From Tubiluchus corallicola (Eukaryota > Animalia > Priapulida), in assembly GCA_030141605.1 (NCBI GenBank), contig JAQGDQ010002371.1, positions 1 through 64,000 on the forward strand: 64,000 nt of DNA. The letters run 5' to 3'. The translations under genes were made by a program, and so were the position numbers. This document shows positions 1 through 8,826 of this stretch, piece after piece. Positions within the stretch are counted from its first letter, which is position 1; the number at the start of each line of letters is the position of its first letter. The notes under the pieces are model-generated. The model was not told the DNA's origin, did no database searches, and worked only from the letters and a program-made list of their open reading frames with translations.

Positions 1-125
1 GAGCGCATGTGGTGATCCGTCTTGGCAGTGCAAATGTGATGAGTCTTTCAGCAATAGGACAGATATGTATTGTACTTGGCGAAATTTGTCCCTAACCGAC
101 GTACAGAATATTTCAAACACATTAC
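1..125 (+). pseudogene. Truncated inverted copy of the 5' coding part (LRRNT region) of the LRR gene at 2951-4345
   Basis: 1-125 is the reverse complement of 4159-4283 with 3 mismatches by eye. It encodes SACGDPSWQCKCDESFSNRTDMYCTWRNLSLTDVQNISNTL and then runs into a tandem array. It probably extends left of the window. Confidence 0.85.
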
Positions 126-503
126 TTCTTACACGACTACATACGATTACTTCTTACACGACTACACACGATTACTTCTTACACGACTATGCACGATTAC
201 TTCTTACACGACTGCATACGATTTACTTCTTACACAACTACGTACGATTACTTCTTACACGATTACATACGATTACTTCTTACACAACTACGTACGATTA
301 CTTCTTACACGACTGCATACGATTACTTCTTACACGACTACTTCTTACACGACTACATACGATTACTTCTTACACGACTACGTACGATTACTTCTTACAC
401 AACTACATACGATTACTTCTTACACAACTACATACGATTACTTCTTACACAACTACATACGATTACTTCTTACACAACTACATACGATTACTTCTTACAC
501 AAC
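122..503. repeat. 25-bp tandem minisatellite (TTACTTCTTACAC(G/A)ACTACATACGA), about 15 units
   Basis: Directly visible. It accounts for the spurious repetitive ORFs at 65-656. Confidence 0.95.
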
Positions 504-1259
504 ATTCAACAACCTTTTGACACAAAACTGTACCTCTTTCTTACTTACCCGAAAAATGCGCAAGAAATAGCAATAAACACTCGCCAGCAAGCGAACCACA
601 ACAAACCACCACGCCTGTTGCTCAGTCAAGCTGTCGTCTGCTGTCCTGGCCGCTAGATGGCTCAGATGTGCGCACTGGAGGCGGCCATATATGGTCACTG
701 ATGATACACGAGATAGGGCACAGCTGTCTGTCGTCTGTTAGAGATTCTTTCAAATCCGCTGCGGAACGCGAAGGCGGTTCTAAGGAGAAATTTAATCGAG
801 GAGAGTTTATTTTATCCTTCCCAGAAAACATTCTCTCTTTTCAATTAGAGTACGGTCGTGGTACAGGCCTGTAGGCCTACACCATGTTAAAATTTATTCT
901 TCAACGTGTCTAAATCGTTTAATTTATATATTGATACAATCATCTCAAATATATATACTAGCGTTACTCGGCTGAGAATAAGTCAGTAAATTTTGCAAAT
1001 GTGCAGCAGAGCTGTCAAGATGTTCTATCATAATAGGATAGTATAGGAAACATTCGAAATATGGCTTACATCTGAGCAGCTGATGTTTAGTTAATTACGT
1101 TCCGGGCGGCATAGACACACTAGGTCAGTTCTAACACTAGGTAGTCGTCTATGACGTCAGATTCTGAAAGTAACTCGGTAAGTTTTAAGCGTAATATAGT
1201 GTATGTGTAACTGCTCAAGTTAACAGCTCCCAGTTAACTGCGTGAGCACTGCATTTTAC

Positions 1260-1572
1260 TTAAAGAAAAACTGGACCCAATCTTAAACTGTAACTCAAAA
1301 CGATCTACTATTTAAAACATTGAAAGGAAAATACTATTTTTTCAAAAATAACTTACGTGAAAGAATTATTACCACACAAACACAATTTCACGTTCGCGCC
1401 ACTAGTTCTTCACTGTTACATGCATTTCGCCATTCGCTAGTTAGACGGGCACTAGCCGCCTGCATTTCGGAAACGCATTAAAAAACAGGTGCTGTACTTC
1501 CAAGTTCAGATGTGTTAGTTTGTGACGAACTACACACGTTCGGCAGCTCATGCATGAGCACAGCGGTAAATT
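1260..1572 (+). mobile_element. Non-autonomous TTAA-bounded element (Kolobok/Crypton-like), partial copy 1
   Basis: Starts TTAAAG. Aligns by eye with 6049-6532 and with the reverse complement of 36672-37170 (shared aattattaccacacaaa...gacgggcactag...aacaggtgctgta). Confidence 0.7.
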
Positions 1573-2950
1573 GGGAATTGGGACAGTGGACAGTGCGCCA
1601 GAAGGGTTTAGGGATCCAGCGTAAAAAATTCTCTACAGGAAATGCGCATTCTTTCATCTAAAGCACGTAATTCACGTAGTTTCGGAGGCCGTTTTTATAT
1701 AAGTGTCATAATAGCGAACGAAGGTACAATTATTTCAAAAATGGTAGTACACCACAAGCAGTTGTTCAGCCTGCTTTGGATATAAGCATTGTGCAAATAC
1801 ATGTAATTCACAACAACCACATAGGTAATGCTGATAAATTACAACTTAATTGTGTACTGCGCTTCATAATATTGACAACCATAAATCCGTAAGAGAGATG
1901 TGCAGGCTGATATGTCAGCTAAGGATGTCATAACGTTGTGATTCGCCTTTACATACAGCAAGCTGTATGAAGAGTCATGTTTAAAAAACTTGGAAAGCTA
2001 ATTGTGATATGCATCTGGCATGCTCGTGGCTAAAACACGTGTACTAGTTGACTGCTTTTCAGATATAAGAAAATATTTACTTTAAAACAAACACAGTCTG
2101 TGCAAACTCTCCTCGTTAGATTAAAAAACAAAAGCTATATTTACATTATAAAATATTAATTTTAATGTAACAATAATTTATCCTGACAAACATGGGGAAA
2201 TCTGGAGAGCAAAATGCTGACACAAACCATTTTCTCAGTTATATTTTATTAACAATATAATATTACTGTTGACAAACGCAACATCTAACAGCAATGCTGC
2301 CTATTGTGCACACATAATGAATGTGTATATCATGTTATGTTATTATGTTATAAATATAAAACGGTCGTCTGTCTGCTTTACACAATCACCAACCTGAAAA
2401 GTTTAGCATCACTTCAACTTCTTCATTTTCTAATCGCTGACAGGATCAATCTTATTGCTTCGCAAAGACTTACGTCTCTAACTAGTGTAATTGTTTTTCT
2501 ACCTGTTCTTATCTATAGCAACACACTTAGCAATAGAGTTACTGGCACTTATGGTTGGTCACTGGTCAGCGGATAAAAGAACAGTAATAACAATTATGAG
2601 GGTTTCCTTCGGTTTTTTATTAGCTTGACTTTCAAAAATTAACTTCCTTTTTCAACTTCAAGACTTTTTTAACACAGAAAATCTCCCCTTTCAAAATGAA
2701 GTGCTTTGTTTGTTTAAAAAGGAAGAAATCGCATGCAGGAAAGACTGTCAGAACTTTTACAGTCTGGGATGAATCTTTCACTATGTTATGATGAGGCTAA
2801 ATTATTACCTAAAATTGTTGATATTGATTCATATCATATCGTAACCATCATTTTCTAACGTAGCTGCTTTTTAGCCACGCAGCGCTTTTACTGAATAACT
2901 ATGGCGGTGCTAATGTCTTTTTACTGAGAATAGCTGTATTGCTGGCATTT

Positions 2951-3526
2951 TTACAGATAAAAAAGGTGACTTGCTAAAACTAAGAATACTAATGCAAAGA
3001 CTTCATTCAGTTTACATTGTGTGCCATACAGCTCACTTGAAGAGCTAGCTGATGTTGTAGTAATTAAGCTTGTTGTAGACGGTTTGGTGGCAGAAGTCAC
3101 GGTAGACAGCTCACTAGTTGAGCTCACTGTAGATGGTTCAGGAGACGGGTTTTCTAGTTGAGCTCTCTGTCGACGGCTCAGCGGGTGAGTTCTCTGTAGT
3201 CGACTCAGTGGTTGAGTTCTCTGTAGACGACTCAGTCGGTGAGTTCTCTGTAGTCGACTCAGTGGTTGAGTTCTCTGTAGACGACTCAGTGGTTGAGCTC
3301 ACCGTAGACGACTCAGTAATTGAGCTCACTCTACACGGATCATTGGTCGAGCTCATTGTAGACGGTTCAATGGCTTGGTTTGTTGCATCGCAACAATAGT
3401 CAAAGTCGGCTTTTGTAGCTGTTTTGTAATTTTCATTTTCTGATTGTCGGCATTGAAAATCTTCTTCTAGTTTCCACGGTTTGTTGAAAACCCAACTGAT
3501 GTCACAGTCGCATTTGAAATTACTTC
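2951..3526 (-). CDS. LRR surface protein exon 2: LRRCT, Ser/Thr-rich stalk and GPI-type C-terminal signal (frameshifted near 3155)
   Basis: Acceptor tttttatag|GAAGT gives (G)SNFKCDCDISW...C...CC, an LRRCT. It is followed by 9-aa ENSTTESST repeats. The open frame stops at 3138, but the +1 frame continues ENPSPEPSTVSSTSELSTVTSATKPSTTSLITTTSASSSSELYGTQCKLNEVFALVFLVLASHLFYL to a TAA at 2951. Confidence 0.85.
3119..3370 (-). repeat. 27-bp coding tandem repeat (mucin-like stalk)
   Basis: GAGAACTCAACCACTGAGTCGTCTACA-type units encoding E-N-S-T/P-T-E-S-S/T-T. Confidence 0.9.
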
Positions 3527-3759
3527 CTATAAAAATGGCAGCTGTGATAACAACAACAACAGCAAAACAACGACTAAAGTACAAACCTTATAAGAGTAGT
3601 GGAAGAACTTTTACTGAAAGCATCACAAACTTGCTCACCTATTATAAGGACACTGTTTTCATTAAATCTTATGACACATAAATGTATTCAATTGACCACA
3701 CTGGCTTCATGCTCTGGTGAAAGTTGTTGAATTTAGTCAAAAATTTGAATTTAACTCAC

Positions 3760-4345
3760 CACTCAAGTCAATCATTAGATTGCTGCTATTCAGTGCGTTA
3801 CTGTGTAGTCTTGGCTCCTTAAGCGTTTCTATAGGAGATACAATGGAAATATAGGTCAGATTTGGACTTTGTGTAAAAGACAAATGCCCAGTAATCGATA
3901 TCAGCTGGTAGCAGTTCCAAATACATAGAGCCTCCAGTCTTGTCATTGCTTGGAATGCCATAGAGTCAATTGTCTCTAAAGTAGTGAGGTCATATAAAAA
4001 TAATCCCCTGATGTCAGCTGCTATACTGGTTTCATTGATGAGCTTCAGCTGCTTGGAGTAACCTATGTACAAAATCTCGATCTGTTTTCCTGCCAAAAAT
4101 TTGTCTGGAAATTCACTGTTTGAATAGTTGTAAATCCAGAGCTTGTAGATGTGTTTTGGTAATGTGTTTGAAATATTCTGTACGTCTGTTAGGGACGAAT
4201 TTCGCCAAGTGCAATACATATCTGTCCTATTGCTGAAAGACTCATCACATTTGCACTGCCAAGACGGATCACCACATGCGCTCCATCCACTACACACCGT
4301 GATCAGAGACATCAGATAAAATCCAACTTTGATTGGCAACTTCAT
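3760..4345 (-). CDS. LRR surface protein exon 1: signal peptide, LRRNT and LRRs
   Basis: ATG at 4345 directly follows an acceptor-like ttatttgtgccacag. MKLPIKVGFYLMSLITVCSG is a signal peptide, CGDPSWQCKC an LRRNT, and there are about 5 LRR-like units (IYKLWI, IEILYI, IRGLFLYDL, LEALCIWNC, LTYISI). The phase-1 donor G|GTGAGT at 3760 matches the phase of exon 2. Confidence 0.88.
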
Positions 4346-4805
4346 CTGTGGCACAAATAACTGGAACTGCAAGAAATTCAAAGAAAGTTGTCTCTTCTGA
4401 AATGACCCAGCCACGTTTCTGAACTTGAACCAAGCTAAGATTAATTCACATTTTCAGTTTTGTCGTGTAGAATAAAAGCAGATTTATAGATCACTAATAA
4501 TTGTTCAGCTTATTGTAACTAAGACCGAGCAATAATAGTTCTAATAGTAATTCACAATTAGCAGCACTTGGCATAGAATCTTTAGTAATAAGGCAACAAG
4601 CTTTCATCCAAATTTCACCACAAAGTAACGAAGAATGCTGCCAGTACTGAGCTGCTTTTAAATATTTCTCCAAGTGATGGTAAAATGTTCTGTATCCTAC
4701 TTCTAAATTGAAACTCCATTTCCTGAGTCACTGGTGTTGATAGCCTTAAACTTGCACACGTTGCATTATTTTGTGTAGAATCATCAAATTTTTGACTAAC
4801 ATATC

Positions 4806-4929
4806 CAGGCTGCATAAGATTATGGATATCCATAAAATAAGACAAAAAATCCATAAAATAAAATTTGAAAAATCCATAAAATAAGCTATTTTAGTTATTT
4901 TATACATATCCATAATCTTATGCACCCTG
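4806..4929. mobile_element. 124-bp hAT-type MITE with 8-bp target-site duplication
   Basis: TIRs CAGGCTGCATAAGATTATGGATAT / ATATCCATAATCTTATGCACCCTG. Identical flanking AACATATC at 4798-4805 and 4930-4937. Confidence 0.9.
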
Positions 4930-5822
4930 AACATATCAAAGTGTTTAAAAGTTCATACTTTGAAATTAGGTTTGTTTATGCAAAATGCCTGTTTTGAGCA
5001 TAATATAGACATAAGCTGTCTACTAGAAACATTTTTGTTTGTGTAGTATTCATCAAAAAGTTTATAAGTAATTTTCATTGTATGCAGAAATTATAATTGG
5101 GAATTTACAAAACGCGTGCATTTGAAATATGGGTGTATGAAAGGTACGAATGACTAGTACGTATACAAAATCTACCTGTAGACCTGGTATACAATCTGCA
5201 TATAAGGTACTATGTTTTTGTTCATTTATCATAACTATACATTTGCTGCAAATACAAAACCATATCTTAGGTAACAATTTATTACAACATTTTAACTTGT
5301 AACACCCACGAAAATGATCAGTGAATTAGTGATCATAAATTAATGCTTGCTAACCACATGAGAAAGGGAATTTTAAAGTATGTCACTAAATTTTCCACAC
5401 AAAGTTTATGACTTAGCATTGACGTCAGAACAATGGCTTTGCGTCGGCAGCTTTCTAAGCGAAAATTGCCACAAATAGAACATCTAATTAACTCGTCGAT
5501 ACTCCTCTCAGTGGACGTATCCTAAAATGCAGCCCACATCATCGTGCAGCCCTCCTCTTCCTCTTTCTAAAGAGCTATATATCTCCTTCCGGGAGTCACA
5601 CCAGGCGCCGCTAGAACGTTTTTTCCGCATGCTGTTTGGTCAAAATTTCGAAAAAACCGCGAGTTTGGTCCGGGGAAATTATAATATATTCTTGTCACGT
5701 GATTGTCTAGACACGATTGTCCAATAGCAGGCGTACTGTCGATTATATATTTCGATTGTTAAAAATTGATTGGTAGGTGTCACTGCGCCTTCTTTATGTG
5801 TTTGTTCAGCCAACCTTTACAA

Positions 5823-5910
5823 CCTGGATACGCCCCTGATATGCTTTGTGTCCTCCTGGATAAGCCCCTGGTGTGCTTTGTGTCCTCCTTGATACACCCT
5901 GGAGTGTGCC
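5823..5910. repeat. 32-bp tandem repeat, about 2.7 units
   Basis: CCTGGATACGCCCCTGATATGCTTTGTGTCCT repeated. Confidence 0.85.
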
Positions 5911-6048
5911 AACCGCTAACGTGAATTTAGGGTATAGTGTATTTCCTATTTGAATATTTTAAAAAAATAATAAAATTTACCCCAAATGACAGTGGACATG
6001 AATGTACGACCCACAGGGCAGCCGCTCCTGTTGGCCAAGGCAACATTG

Positions 6049-6532
6049 TTAAAGCAAAACCGGACCCAATGTTAAACTGTAGGTCAACACAATCTGCTCT
6101 TTAAAATATTGAAACGAAACTTACTATTTTTCAAAAATGAATTACGTGAACGGATTATTACCACACAAAAACAATTTCACGTTCACGCCACTAATTCTTT
6201 GCTGTTACATGTATTTGGCCATTCGCAAGATAGACGGGCACTAGCGCCTGCATTTCGCAAACGTAGTACACAAAAAACAGGTGCTGTAGCCCTCAGTGCA
6301 GATGTGTTCGCTTTTGACGTATAGCCATGCACAGCTCTAAATTTTAAATTTGAATTTTTATGTTAAAACTTGCCTAGTTTTAGCACAACACACTGATTAT
6401 CTTACAGTAGCACTGTACTTAAATTTTCTCTTTCACAAAGATGTGTAACTCGCATGAGCTGTTGTGTGTGTGTGTTATTGAAAATTATATTAGTTTGTGA
6501 CGTCATCAAAAGGTGGGGTCGACCACCGTTAA
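6049..6532 (+). mobile_element. Non-autonomous TTAA-bounded element (Kolobok/Crypton-like), copy 2
   Basis: TTAA at both ends; homologous to 1260-1572 and 36672-37170. Confidence 0.72.
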
Positions 6533-6621
6533 TTATGTTTCAATCTATTGTTTAATTATCAGAAACGCTTTTACAGTATTAATTGTGTTAAAATATTTTC
6601 TTTTTATCGTACATGATAATG

Positions 6622-7187
6622 GGGTAGTATATGAAAAATCATCGTGTCTTTTGTGATAGCATTTAGTGTAGTTTTGAAGTAGTTTTACGGTAGTTTGTGG
6701 CGATAAACCATCACTTTCGTAGTAAACCATTGTAGTCATAGCTTACATTGGTTTCCTTTCTAGTGAACGTTTATAGAACTTACAGTTTGGATAGTTTGAT
6801 AATGTTGTTTATGTGATTTCCAAGAGAATTTGTCAGAGTTGTGGTAAGGTGCTGCCGCTTAGCGGCCAAATCCGTTACTATAATTTTGCCGTTTTACCGT
6901 CTAGATCTAAGTGATTTTGTAAAACGTACTCATGATGTCAGTAGCGTCGCTGTCATAGTCATACTGCACAATACTCATTAAAACTGCGTGATTGTTTTAC
7001 GATTTTTATAACTTAATAAATTTTTATACATTTTTAACCTTAGCTGTAAAACAGTTTTATTTGCTTGTAAGAGTAAATTATAAGTTTAAAAACGTTTAAG
7101 TAATAATTATAAGTTTAACTACCGCAAAACTGCTTCAAAACTACACTAAATGCTATCACAAAAGTTTGGAATTTATCAACCTCTACC
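6622..7187. mobile_element. MITE with inverted repeats
   Basis: CTTTTGTGATAGCATTTAGTGTAGTTTTGAAGTAGTTTTACGGTAGTT (~6648-6695) is inverted at ~7117-7164. Outer ends read GGGTAG / CTACCC. Confidence 0.7.
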
Positions 7188-7477
7188 CGGCAAAACCAAA
7201 TCTTCCAGAACGATAACCCATGATCAAGATTAATCGTTTCCTAGCATGGAAGAACTGCTACAATAATTTAAATTGCCATTATATAAGTTAAATTGTTTGT
7301 AAATTTTGGTAAATAGCTAAAATTTTTGCTCTAAATCCTGATCATACAATGTTATACAGTTCATAATCAATGGCCATTGCTACATTGGCACTTCAACAGA
7401 AAAGAACAGAACAATGCAAACATTTTTCATCTACACCATTATTATTATTATTATTTTTTATTTAAAATTAAGGTGAA

Positions 7478-7505
7478 GGAGAGAGGGAGAGGGTGACAGA
7501 GAGAG

Positions 7506-7542
<37 letters not shown>

Positions 7543-7557
7543 TGAGAGAGAGAGCGA

Positions 7558-7617
<60 letters not shown>
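7478..7617. repeat. (GA)n microsatellite
   Basis: Directly visible. Confidence 0.95.
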
Positions 7618-7618
<1 letters not shown>

Positions 7619-7729
7619 TAGGAAAAAACACAAAAGTTCGAAGTTCGAGTTCTTTTGCAGAGGATTTAAATCTAAAAGGTTTGCTAAAGACGTACCATGA
7701 AACCTTGACTTGCTCTGCCGTCTTACTAG

Positions 7730-7850
7730 GTGTACTGGAATATTTCGATTAAAAATTTGTTTATAATAACTTGTCTCACAACTAAAGAGAACAATGTTAC
7801 CTCAACTGGGGCATATACCAGCGCAGTGGTACTGCACTATATTATTGAAG
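7730..7850 (+). pseudogene. Candidate upstream exon of the PAN-domain membrane protein gene, with a defective donor
   Basis: Acceptor ttgacttgctctgccgtcttactag| precedes an open frame VYWNISIKNLFIITCLTTKENNVTSTGAYTSAVVLHYIIE+G. The phase-1 end fits the exon at 13847, but the donor reads AAG|ATACGT instead of GT. Confidence 0.4.
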
Positions 7851-8099
7851 ATACGTAGAAATTATACAGGATACATTGCACAACACAACCAAAACTTCTT
7901 ATAATCCCCCCCCCCCCCTTATAATGCCAACCTCATTTATACTTATATTTTTTGGAAAAGCAAAATGTATATGTTCATAAACATGACCAGCTCTTTTACA
8001 ATACTAACCTCGCTTAATGCCCATATTTTTGCGAAACAAAGTGTCCATGTTTGCATAGGCATGAATGTATTAACGCCCCTTTTTATAATGCCAAACTCG

Positions 8100-8382
<283 letters not shown>

Positions 8383-8546
8383 NNNNNNNNNNNNNNNNNN
8401 NNNNNNNNNNNNNNNNNNNNNNNNNNNNNNNNNNNNNNNNNNNNNNNNNNNNNNNNNNNNNNNNNNNNNNNNNNNNNNNNNNNNNNNNNNNNNNNNNNNN
8501 NNNNNNNNNNNNNNNNNNNNNNNNNNNNNNNNNNNNNNNNNNNNNN
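8383..8546. other. Assembly gap (N run)
   Basis: Ns, with GA repeat on both sides. Confidence 1.
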
Positions 8547-8826
8547 GAGAGATTATTATTATTATTATAATTCTTTATTTAAAATTTAAAATTGAACGCA
8601 TATACAGATATTTACATAAAATACATACAGGGACCCTCTATTTGCAGGGTATGGTTAAAAAACTTTGTAAATAAAATAGCTGTTATATTCGCAAGACTTT
8701 TAAATACCAATAAATCAATATACCAATAAAAGAACAACTAAAATCAAATAGTACCAATTTACACAATTTACACAAAACGACCTGTATAATATAAAAGTGA
8801 CAGATATAATATAAAAGTTCAATAAT

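Noticed and set aside
122-503. CRISPR-like array
   Set aside because: The units are contiguous and near-identical with no unique spacers, there are no cas genes, and the context is eukaryotic. It is a minisatellite.
65-656. ORFs of 151-166 aa in three frames
   Set aside because: They are products of the stop-free 25-bp repeat; only the first ~20 codons of one are LRR-derived.
3133-3399. Plus-strand ORF with VEFSVDDS repeats
   Set aside because: It is the antisense shadow of the 27-bp stalk repeat.
3527-3584. Apparent signal peptide MYFSRCFAVVVVITAAIFI on ORF 3138-3584
   Set aside because: This is intronic read-through upstream of the acceptor at 3527-3528; the real N-terminus is in exon 1.
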